Source of the DNA: Felis catus
Taxonomy: Eukaryota
DNA: 64,000 nt
Reading direction: 5' to 3'
NCBI RefSeq assembly: GCF_018350175.1
Contig: NC_058368.1
Span: 1,178,001-1,242,000, forward strand
The translations under genes were made by a program, and so were the position numbers. Shown in pieces: positions 35,400-47,700 of the stretch; positions within the stretch are counted from its first letter, which is position 1, and each line of letters opens with the position of its first letter. The notes under the pieces are model-generated. The model saw only the letters and a list, made by a program, of their open reading frames with translations. It was not told where the DNA came from and searched no databases.

Positions 35400-36400
35400 T
35401 GTTAGAAAGCTCTTACTTGTTCAAATAGTTACGAGACTCCTTTGGATTTTCTATGTAACATATACATATAACCATTTCATCTGCTATTAAGGATAGATTT
35501 GTTTCTTCCTCCCCTAATTCTAATTCCCGTTATTTCTTTTTCTTGTCTTGTTTTCTTGTACTGACCAGCACTCCTAGCACAATGTGATGATGGTGACATC
35601 TTTAAGATAAAGATATTTTTATCTTAAACATGAACGCTTCTTAGGTTTTAGCATTGAGTATGATGTTTCAACTTTTATCAGGCTAAGGAAGTTTCCTTGT
35701 AATCTTTGTTAAGTTTGTTGGGTTTTGGTTTCTAAATCATGAAAATCATGAATGAGTTTCTGAATCATGAATTTACTAAATCGGATTTGGTACTTCTTTT
35801 CCCCACTGTTGTGAATTTTTTAGATGGTGAAGCACCGTATTACTCATTTTATTTTTAATATACTATCACATTCAATTTGCTACTTTATTTTGGATTATTT
35901 GTTCATACCTAAGATTGGTCTCATTTTTTTGGTACTACCATTGGATTTGGGTAAGAACATTATTTTAGCCTGAAAAACTAAACATTTCCCTGAATAAGCT
36001 TGTATAAGAATGTCCTATAAAAGAATCTGGAATTAATGTCTTTTTTTTAAGGGGGTCAGGAGGAAGCCTAGATCACAAATTCAGCTTCATTAACTGTTAT
36101 CGACATAAATAGGGCTGCTATTACTCTTAAGTCAATTTTGATAGCTTATATCTTTTAGAAAATTTTCCATTTCATCTAAGCTTCAAATTTATTGGCATAA
36201 AATTATCTATGGTATTTTCTTATGATTTTGAAACTGTATGGTATCCGTACTTAGATCCCTTTGTTTGGTTCCAAATATTGTTTATTGGAAGTTTTTAAAG
36301 TATAAGTCTTGCTAGAAGTTTTTCTTTACAGAATTTTGATATGCTTGAAAAAGCATGAGAGTTTATTTTTGTTATTTTTTCCAATGTCTTATCACATATG
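35400..36400 (-). mobile_element. Old L1 ORF2 fossil
   Basis: T-rich antisense L1 words (TCATCTGC, TTTCCATTTCATCTAAG, TTATTGGCATAAAATT). Confidence 0.65.
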
Positions 36401-36796
36401 CTGTATGTACAGTATACAGAGCAAATCTCCAAAGATCTCCTATGGATCTTTTAAGTAGGGAATGTAGATTTGGGGATTTGCTAGTATTAGTATAAAATAC
36501 ACATATATAATTTAAGGGTATCCTCTATCTTAGTGTAAAATTATTTATTACCCTACAGTTCCAGGGGATTCCTTATTTTAAATGGAAAATGTGCATGGGC
36601 TCTATTACTTAACTTTGCACTAATTTAATGCTCTGGCAGGAGACATCACTATCGTACAGACTGATTTAATGAAATCGTAAAACACCGATTTTCCAACTTC
36701 TTTATCAATAACTTTAAAGCACCGCTAGAATTATATATTTTTGTTGTCAGAGAATAAATCTCTAGAAACATGAAATTGTTTTGAAATGATACTTCA

Positions 36797-37000
36797 GGGG
36801 CGCCTGGGTAGCTCAGTCAGTTAAGCGTCTGACTTTGGCTCAGGTCGTGGTCGTGCAGTTCCTGAGTTTAAGCCCTGCGTCAGGCTCTGTGCTGTCAGCA
36901 CAAAGCCCTCTTCAGATCCTTTGTCCCCCTCTCTCTGCCACCCCTGCCCCCCACCGCACATGCCCACGTGCTCTCTCTCTCTCTTTAAACATTTCAAAAA
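36797..37000 (+). mobile_element. SINEC
   Basis: GGGGCGCCTGGGTAGCTCAG head. Confidence 0.88.
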
Positions 37001-37026
37001 TTATTTTTTAATAAAATTATACTTTT

Positions 37027-37128
37027 TTTTTAAAGATTTTATTTTTCAAGTAATCTCTACATGCAACATGGGGCCCGAACTTACAACTCCAAGACCAAGA
37101 GCCACTGACTGAGCCAGCCGGGCACCCC
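37027..37128 (-). mobile_element. Short carnivore SINE
   Basis: AAAGATTTTATTTTTCAAGTAATCTCTAC...GAGCCAGCCGGGCACCCC; TSD AAATTATACTTTTT. Confidence 0.85.
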
Positions 37129-37476
37129 TTAAATTATACTTTTATTTATTTTATTTATTAAATAAGAATGTATGCAAAACACCTGCCATCCATGTATTAT
37201 TACTATTATCTCTATATTTTCTCTTGCATGTGGGGATTTTAATTGTTTTGGGGAGGGATTTAAATTGTTTATAAACACCTGAAAAGTCACATGCTCTAAA
37301 GTCTTTACTTGGCTAAGGTAAATATGGTTAATACTTTTCATCCTTAGTCAAGCGAAAAACTCAGTTTTTCTTCTGTTTTTGACATTCTGTAATTTAAAAG
37401 CTGAGCGAGAGGTGATTTTAAGTTGGGAGCAACTGTTATTAGTTTAAAAACAAATGTCTTCAAATTTTATATTCAA

Positions 37477-37680
37477 TAATTTTTTTAACGTTTACTTATT
37501 ATTGAGAGACAGAGCATGAGCATGGGAGGGGCAAAGAGAGCGGAGACACAGAATCGGAAGCAGGCTCCAGGTTCCGAGCTGTCAGCACAGAGGCCTACAA
37601 AGGGCTTGAACTCACGAGCTGTGAGATCATGACCTGAGCTGAAGTCGGACGCTCAACCGACTGAGCCACCGAGGCGCCCC
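37477..37680 (-). mobile_element. SINEC_Fc-like
   Basis: Full body; TSD TATATTCAA. Confidence 0.92.
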
Positions 37681-38297
37681 TATATTCAAGAATTTTATGT
37701 TGGAGAATTTTATATTCAAGAATGACAACACTAAAAATACCCTTAACTTTTTATCCACAGTATTTCTTCTTTAAATACTGTGAATAAAATAAATATCCCT
37801 ACCAGAAACCAGTATTAAGTCACCATTTCCACAATTAGAGTTCTAATATTAAGCTAGAAAATTAACAGCTGGTTGAGCTTCAGTTCAATTGACAGAAAAA
37901 TGTAGAAAGTCTGGAGCATAATTAGAAACGCGACTGTCTTCCAGCACTATTCATGCCTTCCTGGCTTCCTTTTTAAACCCTCCAAATGTCTGCCCTGTTC
38001 CATCACCCTGTGCAGGCCTCCAGTGTCTCCTGCCGATTAGTAGATGGCATTAAAAGTTTTAAACATCCCTTCTGTGACAGACCTAAGAATACCATTTGAA
38101 ATTTCGCTTATTTAAACATTTTATGTACACATTTTGGTGTCCTTTAGGGTCAATTTTGATGTATTTCCGCATCAGTACTCAACTTTTAATTAGTGAATAA
38201 TGAAAACAAAAGTCCTACTCTTGAAATAAAGCTGAATTTACCAATACCTCCTGAAGGGTGGCTTGGGGCGCGGGTGAATGACAATAAAGAAGATTCC

Positions 38298-38445
38298 AAA
38301 ATATGGAGAACAAACAGAGGGTCCCTGGAGGGGTTGTGGGAGGGGGGCATGGGCTAAATGGGGGAGGGGCACTAAGGAATCTACCCCTGCAATCACCGTT
38401 GCACTCTATGCTAGCTAACTTGGATGGAAATTGAAAAAAGAAAAA
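38298..38445 (+). mobile_element. Very short felid L1 3' UTR insertion
   Basis: Matches the 3' end of the 12927-13498 L1; flanked by AAGAA(G/A)ATTCCA. Confidence 0.85.
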
Positions 38446-38974
38446 GAAAATTCCAGGGGTGCTTTCGCGAGTGCTCTGAGCAGGCTCTTGTCCTAAAACA
38501 CAAGATGGGGCACTGTGAACACTATACCAAGTACTGACTTCCTAGAGTCTGGTCAAGTAAAAGGTAGTCTCCCTAAATAAATCCAAGCGACATCCTTCAG
38601 GAGTCTTACTCATCCACCGAGGAGATACGGAATCACGGCATCTTGGAGCCAGAAGAACCTGGGAAAACGTCTGGTTTATCTATTCTCCTCACTTCACAGA
38701 CTGGGAAACGCGGGCCCCGAGAGGGTACCGTGATCTGCCGAGGGCGACACAGCTCGCTGAAGCCGGCACGAAAACTCCTGACTTCTGCCTCTGGGTCCGG
38801 CCCACCTTCCCCTTCCGCGTGACTTCACGGGGTTATGCACCAGGCAGACTGTTCAGCTGACGACAGCTGCCCTTGCTCTTTTCTCCCAGTCCAAAGTGGC
38901 TAAAATTTTGGCTAAATATTACTGACATGCTAACAGTCCCGTTACTCCATCACATAAATTGGAATTGTCATTTA

Positions 38975-39397
38975 AAAATGTTTTAATGTTTATTTATTTT
39001 TGACAGACAGAGAGGCAGAGCACAAGCAGGGGTGGGGCGGAGAGAGAGGAGGACACAGAATCCAAAGCGGGCTCCAGGCTCCCAGCTGCTAGCACAGAGC
39101 CCGACACGGGGCTCAAACCCACAAACCGTGAGATCGTGACCTGAGCTGAAGTCAGACGCTTATCTGACTGAGCCACCCAGGTACCCTGTAAATTTTTAAT
39201 GTTTTTTATTTTTTTATTTTTGAGAGAGAGCACGAGCAGGGGAGGGGCAGAGAGAGAGGGAGACACAGACTCTGAAGCAGGCTCCAGGCTGCGAGCCATC
39301 AGCACAGAGCCCAATGCGGGGCTCGAGCTCACGAGCCGTGAGATCATGACCTGAGCTGAAGTCGGAGGCTCAGCGGACTGAGCCACCCAGACACCCC
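38975..39397 (-). mobile_element. Two tandem SINECs inside one TSD
   Basis: Outer TSD TGGAATTGTC(A/G)TTT at 38960 and 39398; two bodies at 38975-39187 and 39190-39397. Confidence 0.9.
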
Positions 39398-40679
39398 TGG
39401 AATTGTCGTTTTGAAGCAAATTCAGATAACTGTCTTTACTCTTGCTTAGTGAACGAAACCTCTCGGCCTTATACTCATGGTATTTTATGGTTACATTTAT
39501 ATTACTGGCACAGATGCCATCTGTCAAAATGGTTTCTATTTTTGCAATAATAATTTCCATAGTATAAATATAATTTCCCTTTTATTCAAACCTACTTTTA
39601 TTAGGATATAACACGGAAATCTCATGTATGTTCTAGAATAAAAGATTCATTTTAAAGCTAATACAAAATGGAGGTTCATGAATAAAATGAGTGTTAGTTC
39701 ATGGAGATAATCAGGTGTCGTGAATGAAAAAAATTAAGTGATTTTTACATTTTAGTATCATTAGTTTGTTAACACTAAGTTTAGAGCAGACCACTCATTC
39801 CTCAAATTAAAGAAATGTCAGGGTGCAGGAACTGCTCACATTAACCATTATGAAGTCATACTTTTGAAGATCGAGATTTTAAAAAGCACCAGAGGATGAA
39901 TACTAACCCAGTTATTACGATGAAGAATTTCCTGCCACCGTAAGAACGAAAACTCAGATTGAACTTTCTCGCTATTTTATTCCTTTTACGCATTATATGG
40001 AAATGGCAAAAACATAGTGTTTTTAGAGACCCACGCATGCTGTTTAGGGCCACACGCGTTGGACTTTTTTCCGTCTTCGATTTGGCGAACATTTAGCAAA
40101 CGCCTGTCGTGTGTGTGCAGTGTGCTAAGTAAGACACGGCCTCACCCTCAGGCGGTTCATTCACAGTCTGTGGGTGAGACAGACTTGTGACAAAACTAAT
40201 CGAAATATGGTGTGACAAGCGTCCCACGGTGCTGGTGACGGCCACACCACATTGGAGCGGGGAGAGACTCCCCAAACCTTGGGTTTGGTTGAGTTTCTTA
40301 ATACACAGATCCTGAGAGTCATGCTATCTGCACAGGGCGAAATACTTCTCAAAGGCCGTTCCGCTGTCTTGAACGTTCTGACAATATTTTAGCACATTAC
40401 AAAAACCAAGTGTTTATTCGTGCGTTTACATATGATACTGAGGTAAAATCCTAAAAAACTAATCTATCCTATTTCCTGTGTTAGGGGCATGTTCAAGCAA
40501 TGGTAGCATCTGGAAGACTAATTATAGTTTAAATTCTTTACATACATGAGGCCAAAATGGTAGTGATACATACACATAAAGTTTGAAGTGTGTATGTAAA
40601 AGTTGTTTTTGTTAAGGAAATGAACACAACTTAAAATTTAAGTAACATTCAAGGAAACTGTGTCAAAAATCAAAAAAAA

Positions 40680-40903
40680 TTTTTTAAGTTTATTTTTGAG
40701 AAAGAGAGGGAGAGAGAAGAGGGAGAAAGAGCGCGCCTACGGGCGGGGGAGGGGCAGAGAGAGAGGGAGCCACAGAATCCCAAGCAGGCTCCAGGCCCTG
40801 AGCTGTCAGCACAGAGCCGGACACGGGGCTGGAACCCAGGAGCTGTGAGATCACCACCCGAGCTGAAGTCCGACAATTAACTGACTGGGCCACCCAAGCA
40901 CCC
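40680..40903 (-). mobile_element. SINEC
   Basis: Reverse SINE body ending GGCCACCCAAGCACCC. Confidence 0.9.
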
Positions 40904-42148
40904 GCCAAATTCTTTTTCTTATTGGCAAACGGTGACATTTTCTTACATTTCATTATTTCAAGATGGCTTTAAGCTGGTCAATATAAATAGCACCGTCTCA
41001 TTTGTTACAGTAGTAAAATTTTCCTGAATTACTTTATGCTACAGGAGCACGTGCACTGCCCCCCCTGGATGCTTATCTCGACATGAATCAAACTGCTGCA
41101 TCAGCGGAATATGTGCCAAATTAGCTGTCGTTTACTTTGAACACACCGACCGTTGGAAAACAAAGCCCCCGTTTCCCTCTGTAATCTTTCAATGTTTGTT
41201 TTGCAGTACATTTCACAGCACATCGACGGGCCGTCGGTGAAGCGATGCGCGTATCATAAACCACCAATTTGAATTCCCGAGTAATACGAACGAAGCATAA
41301 TTCCCGTCTCAGCTGTTTTCACACGGCCAGTCTTAAATGACATATTTTGACGCTCTCTTGGTAAAACAAACACTGGAGGACTCCACTTGTCCCTAGAGTC
41401 TCGGTCACACATGTTCCTGAGCCGAGAAACCTGGGTGGATTCTGTTCACTAGGGCGTCCACACTGCGACTCACTGTCAGAAGCGCCTTCAGGAAGGGGTT
41501 ACTACAGAAGGCAGAGAAGGGTTTCCCCGCTCTTCCGTGAGTTCTTTCCCCTTAAGCGCACCATCCCAGGCAGAGGGGCCAAGAAATGAGGTCCTAGGTC
41601 CTGGCACTTAACGATTAAAGCACTTCTTAGGGAAAAAGAAAAAAAAAGACTCTGGAAAAGTTTCTTGGAAGAAGTAGGCGAGCCAACGCCGTCCCTACAA
41701 GACGCCGGCGCCCCTGCACAGCGGCACCCGGCCGCCAGCCGCACCCCAGCCCCGCGCCGTGCGTCCGCCGACGCGGTTCGAGCGCCCGCAGCGGCCTCGG
41801 CGCCCCGCAGTCTGAGGCCCCGGAGCCTCGCCTGCTCGCCCGAGGCGGAAAACGCCGCCGGGAAGCACCCGCCGGCCGGCCTTCGGCCGCGCACCGGCAC
41901 TCCGCAGACTTCTCGGGGCGCGCGGGGACGCCGACTATTCCCGAAGTTTCCCGAGCCCCCGTCTCTGACCCGGTCACTCCCACAACTCCCCGGACATCCC
42001 CCCCGGGGATCCGGAGAGGCCGGGGGCGCACACGAGCGGCGGGGCTCGCGCTCCGGCCGCTCCGCCCCGGCCCGCCCGGGCAGGTCGGGGCGGTCGGGGG
42101 CGCCGGCGTCCCGCCCGTCCTTCCGCCCCGGCGCTGCCCCGCGCTTAC

Positions 42149-42260
42149 CCCGCTGTGCCGCGGCGGCGACCCGGGTGCGCTCCCTCTCGAGCAGGGCTCC
42201 CGGCCGCTCTGAAAAGGAGAATCTTCTCTTACACGTGCGGTGCAACTTCACGCGTGCGCC
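42149..42260 (-). other. GJA3: Putative non-coding exon 1 of GJA3 (5' end approximate)
   Basis: Splice donor GGG|GTAAGC on the minus strand (GT at 42148-42147) inside the large CpG island upstream of the CDS, giving an intron of 26216-42148. The TSS cannot be determined from sequence alone. Confidence 0.65.
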
Positions 42261-42629
42261 CCGCGCCAGGACCCGGCCTCCCCGCCCCGGCGGCCATCCC
42301 CGCGGCCCCAGCGCGCCCCGCGCTCGGCGCCCCCACGCCGCAGCCCCGGCCGCCGCGCCACGCCCCCCGCCGCCTCCACCCCCGGCCCGGGGGCCGCGCG
42401 GGGGCGGTGCCGGGCAGGGCGCGAAGCGGGGGGGAGGCCCGCCCCGCGGCCCGCCCGGCGCCCCGCGTGCTCGCCCCGCACCCGCGCCCCGCCCGCGCTC
42501 CCCGTCCCGCGCCCCCGCGAGCAGCCGCTCCCCGCCCCGCACCGCCTCTCGTGCGCCGTCGGTCTGCACTTGCCCCCGCACCACGCGTGGCGCCACACCG
42601 CGCCTGTACCCCTCGCTCCGCCACAGTGT

Positions 42630-42729
42630 CCGCATTCCCACCGCACCTGCCCCCGTCACCCTACACCGGCCCCGCATTCCCACCCGCACCTGTCACCCTG
42701 CACCGGCCCCGCATTCCCACCGCACCTGC
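42630..42729. repeat. ~2.5-copy GC-rich tandem repeat (periods 42 and 37 bp) in the promoter island
   Basis: CCGCATTCCCAC(C)CGCACCTG starts at 42630, 42672 and 42709. Confidence 0.85.
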
Positions 42730-44004
42730 ATCCCGCGCCCCCACCCACTGGAGCGCCCTCCCACTCGGGATGTGGGCCCCGGGGCTTTTTCCCGCCGCCC
42801 GGCTCCCGCGGGCCTCGGGTCTGTTCTCCACTGAAAGTTCTCGGCGCCCGCGCGAGGGGTGGAAGCGGGATCCAAGGGCGCCCGGGTTCCGCCTCGGCCG
42901 CCCCCCCGGGGCACCCCTCGCGCGCACGTGCGCCTGCCCTCGCGGGGCCGACCAGCGGCTCTGGGGGCGCTCCTGAGCCGTGGGGCGCGTGGGCGTTGGA
43001 GCGCCGCGGCCCCGCCCGCGTCCAGCCGCCCGGGGACGCAGGTTCCAGATGGCTGGCACGGGACAGGGCCACTGCGCATGGGGTTCCCAGTTAAGCTGGC
43101 CACATCGGCCACAGAAAAGCCAGAGCCGCGGCGTGGATGCTGTCGGGGGGCCGCGCCCAGGCGCAGGCTGGAGCGCGTCCCGGAAAGGGAGCCGAGGAGC
43201 TATAAATAGTGGCCGCGAGCCTGGTTCCCATCAAACACACTTAATTTAGCCCGCGGCCATAGGGATTCTTATTTATTTATTACTTATTTTTAAAGCACTT
43301 GTTCCGATGCACTTGAGACTTGGCCCTGCCTGGGGGACAGGGAAGGTGTCCCCCTAGGTCACTCATTCCCGCCGGTCCTCGTGACCAGATGCCAGGGCGA
43401 GGCCTAGCCTGCTTGCCCAGACTGGGGTGAAGGTTTTAGTATCTTCTTTCCTCCCCACGGTTGGTATCGCGCACATTTGAAAGCCTACCACGAAAGCCCA
43501 CTGAGCAAGAAAGGAAGCCCGTCCTTGTCTATGATTGTCTCAGTTTAAGTGTTCTCTCCGCTTCTCAGGATTCGCTTTTGCATCCCCAGGGGGACCTGGG
43601 ACCTGGCCTGGACAGGATATTTAATACATATTAGTTGACTGAATTTTGTTGACCCTTCTAGAGGCTGAAAATGATCTCGGAATTCCCTTTATGAGTGATG
43701 GACTTATTGCGGGAATGTGGCAAAACCAGAGTCTCTGATTGTTTTCAAATTTCCACGAAGCAGCTTCCGATCGCTGCTTTATTGGAGTCCGGATCTGCTC
43801 TGATTGGCCATCTTCTTTCCCTGGAGAGATCTGAACTGAAGGTTATATCCTAGGGAAGAAAAAACCCTAAGCTTCTGAAAGCATATCTTAAAATATCTTC
43901 TCCCTTGTAGAACGTGAAGGTCTATGTATGTAGCAGGTGATGGTCATGTAGACTTAGTTGGGTGTTTTTCAATAGAAAAATACTACTCTACCAGGTCTTC
44001 AAAT

Positions 44005-44233
44005 AATTTTCTGTTTAGTTAATTGATTGATAGAGTTTATCCATATTGAGATAGAATGAGAGCGCACGAGCAGGGGAGGGGCTGAGACAGAGGAGAGAGG
44101 GAATCCTAAGCAGGCGGGGGGCGGGGGGGGCAGCAGAGTCCCTGTGCGGCCTTGATCTTACCAACCAGGGGATCATGACCCAAGCTGAAATCAAGAGTGG
44201 GAAGCTTGACCCACTGAGCCACCCAGGTGCCCC
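44005..44233 (-). mobile_element. SINEC
   Basis: Ends GAGCCACCCAGGTGCCCC. Confidence 0.85.
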
Positions 44234-44234
44234 T

Positions 44235-44770
44235 ATTTTTTATCTTTCATTGAACTATGGTTGACGTACAATATTAATATTAGTTTCAGGTATAAAACAT
44301 AGTGATTTGACAATTATGTACACTGTGAAATGGTCACAGCAGTAAATGTAGTTACCATCTGCCACCATACCAAGTTATTGCAGTATTATCGACTGTAATA
44401 CTTTATGCTGTACTTTTCATCCCTGAGACTGGTTTATTGGATACCTGGGAGTTTGTAAGTGAAATAAACCAGTCACAAAAATAAAAGACAAATAGTGTAT
44501 GACTCTACTTGTATCAGATACCTAGAGTAGTCAGAATCATAGAAACAGAACGTAGATTGTTGGTTGCCAGGCACTGGGGGAAAAGAGAATGGGGAGTTCG
44601 TGTTTAGGGGGAACAGAGTTTCAGTTTGAGAAGATGAAAATGTTCTGCAGACAGATGGTGGTGATGGTTGCAGAGCAAACAATGTTCTTAGTCCCACAGA
44701 ACTGTATAATTAAAAATGGTTAAAATTGTAAATTTTATGTTATGTATGGTTTACCACAATAAAAACATTA
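44235..44770. mobile_element. Two old L1 3' ends in opposite orientation (minus 44235-~44455; plus ~44458-44770)
   Basis: Antisense TTGACGTACAATATTAATATTAGTTTCAGGT..., then sense AGTGAAATAAACCAGTCACAAAA...TTTACCACAATAAAAA. Confidence 0.75.
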
Positions 44771-47700
44771 AAAATGATAGCGTATAAAGACTAGCAAAAT
44801 TAAGAAAACACTAGTTTGTCTACCTTACCTGTCATATTGTGTATTTTCAGGTCGACAACTAGGATCTTAACCATGTGACTTACTTTTTTATTGTAAAGAT
44901 TGTTTGCTTCTCATTTAGTTTCAGGAAAGATGGTATTCGGGATAATTTCAGGGGGAAATGTCGATGTGTATGGACATATGCACATACGCCAAACTGATTC
45001 GAGCTGGATTTTCAACTGGCAGGTCCTGTTTCCATGTGCTAGTAACCTTTCTTGCAGGAAAGGTGTACCGTGGACAGACACCTGACTGCACAGTGGCTCT
45101 CTGAGCTAGGAATGCTTCACACGGGGATGCTGGAGAGGCGCCACTCGGTCCTCTTTTCCTTTCTACCAACCACTCAGATGTGCTTGCTTAGGGTGCCCCC
45201 TGGTAGCCAGGGCCGGAATTACTTTTCTGAGACCTGTACTGAATCTGCCTAAATCTGCACTTCGTAGATGTTAATGAAAGTTCAACAAATATTTGTTGAG
45301 TATTTATCTCCTTGCTGGAGGTGGCAGCCCAGAGTGATCTTGTGTGTGATCATGTGAGAGCTCTTCCTAAAGCACCCAAGTTTAAGATGGGTAAAGAACC
45401 CTTATTTTTTCTTTTGATTTAAAATTACTAGTACAGACAGTACCGTTCGTTACCTAAACTAATTGACAATGCATAGTATTTTACTTCCTCTGTGGAAGTA
45501 TTTATATTATTTTTGTAAATAAATTCAACTACTATTTATTAGACTTCTGCTCATACGAGACCGTAGGCTGGATGTTGAGGGAGATGAGAACTTTCTCCAC
45601 CCCAAGAATTGATTGTGCTGAGCTCTATGCCAGTCTCTGTCCACTGGAGGAATTGACAGCCTGTTTTGAATTACAAAGTATTAATTGAAAAACACTTGAA
45701 ACACAATTTACTTCATATGAAGACAGTAGTGAGTAAATAAAAAACATAGTAATTTAAATAGTTTCTGGCACAGTCGTAAATGTTCTGTGCACACTTTTTT
45801 AAGAGATGTAGTCAGACACCTGGTGGAGGCGAGTGTCCTTTGGACACTTAGGAGCAGGGCTCTGTTTTGTTGTGAAAGCCTACATGTGTGTGAGTTTCTG
45901 CTGAATCTCTTGACAACGGCGTTTGATTCCTTGATTTTAGGGCATTTCTGTTTTTAAAAACTGCCCTATCTTGATTAAGTCCAAAGTTTACAGGTAGCGT
46001 CATGTATTGAAATTCTACCCCAGACCAGTATTTTCCCAAGAGCATTTAGGAGCCGAATGCCTTCAGAAACATTACTATCAGTCACCTTGGAGCCCTCCCC
46101 ACTGCTCCCCAAACACTTTCGGGCTACTTAGCAAGTGACAGTGTCTGTATTTGCTACATAGCATTATTGTTGGTGTTTTAATATTTCTTGAGGATTTCTT
46201 AAGACAGAGCCAGAATCTTAGCAATTTATATATGAGATGACTGTCTCGAATAAACTCTCATCTTAAGGTTTTCGAACCAGCGTGAAGAGTCGTAGTGTTG
46301 ATCTTCTTCTGCCCTTGACTCCACATCCCCCACCTCTCTCACTGCAGACCCCAGCTCAGCGGGTCTGAGTCGTTAACTTCTCATCCTCTCTGGTGAGTAT
46401 TCCCAGCACAGGTTACACTGCAGAAAGGAAGGAATAGATAATGGAGTTTCTGCTTCTGAATTTAGCACTTGACCTGTCTCAGGCTGCGAAGTGTCAGTCC
46501 TCATGTTTCCCCATCAAACCAGACGGCCCAGCTTTATGATCCAATAACCACCTGCTCCTGTTTGGCTTGGTGATTGTTCTTCAGTTTCCTAAGCATCTGT
46601 TTTCTTTTTCAATTCTTGCAAGGTTATGAGAATCTGTGAGATAATTTCTATAAAGTTCTTGCAATTGGGAGAAAAGTATAAACGTACAGTGGTCAATTTC
46701 TTTTTTTGCATTAAAAAAAAAGAGATCCGTTGGTCCCATGCGGGCTTTGCAGGCCTTGGGAATGTGCGTTGTGGAAATTCTCTGAGCAATTGCATGAGCT
46801 GTACGTAACTTTAGTGTCAGTACTTTACTTAATTACAGAAAATTTTGGGGTCAGAAGAGAGGGCAGCAGAGATATCAGAGCAAGTCGAGTCAGTAGAAGT
46901 AGAGCTTTCTGGAACTACTGGAGTGAATAAAACGTTCAGGGATATGATTTTGCCCAAATTTAAAGTATCAAAAATTTTAAGCCAGAACACTGGGATGATA
47001 ACATTTATTTATCAACATAATACACATTTTAAAGAATGTTTTTACTTTCTGGCAGAGAGTTAAATCTAATAATTTGAGATTCCATCTCCTGTGGGAGTTT
47101 GCTTTGTAATCCTAGTGACGATAAGGCAAATAAATTGGACTTGACTCCTGACCTTATTACTGCAGCATACAATTTCATGAATACTTTAAGAATTACACTA
47201 TTCTTACACGAATTATTATATTCAACTAATAGACGCATCTAGAGTGTATTAACTGAGTCCTCTTTGGTGAAATTTGTGTGTTGTAAGCAGAAATTTTAGA
47301 TTAATCTGCTGAACTGTTCCTTTGCAGCTGCTCTTTCTTTTCTTTGGTTGCATATTTTCTAAGAATCTATAGTCTCTTGGTTGGCCAGTCGGGATAAAGT
47401 CGGGCTGGGAAAACCATGCTGGAAAAGATGTGCAGGAAAGGCAAGAGGAACAGCATGCTGTGGAGGAATAGCAGGCTTTGTGGGAGCTGTGCACAAAAGT
47501 GCCTGGAGCAGGAACTAGAAAAAGAACAAACTAAACCCAAAGCTAGCGCATGGAAGGAAATAAAGGGTAGAGGAGAGACAAGTAAAATAGAAAATAGAAA
47601 AGCAATGGAGAAAATCAGTGAAAACAAAAGTTGAGTATTTTAAAAGATCACTAAAATTGACAAATCTTTAGCTACCTTGACAAAGGAAAAAGGAGAGAAC

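Larger units (their letters stand above)
41660..43260. promoter_or_regulatory. CpG island / GJA3 promoter
   Basis: About 1.6 kb of very GC- and CpG-rich sequence with many GC boxes and an E-box CACGTG at 42232-42237. It lies 5' of the minus-strand CDS. Confidence 0.85.

Noticed and set aside
38994..39560. 188-aa ORF with an internal repeat
   Set aside because: Read-through of two tandem SINEs. The many MAQSVKRPTSAQV-type ORFs in the track are also SINE translations.
41502..43094. Long overlapping ORFs of 395, 389, 284 and 273 aa
   Set aside because: They occur on both strands of an extremely GC-rich CpG island, are Arg/Pro/Gly/Ala low-complexity, mostly lack ATG starts and have no recognisable domain. 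Stop-codon scarcity explains them.
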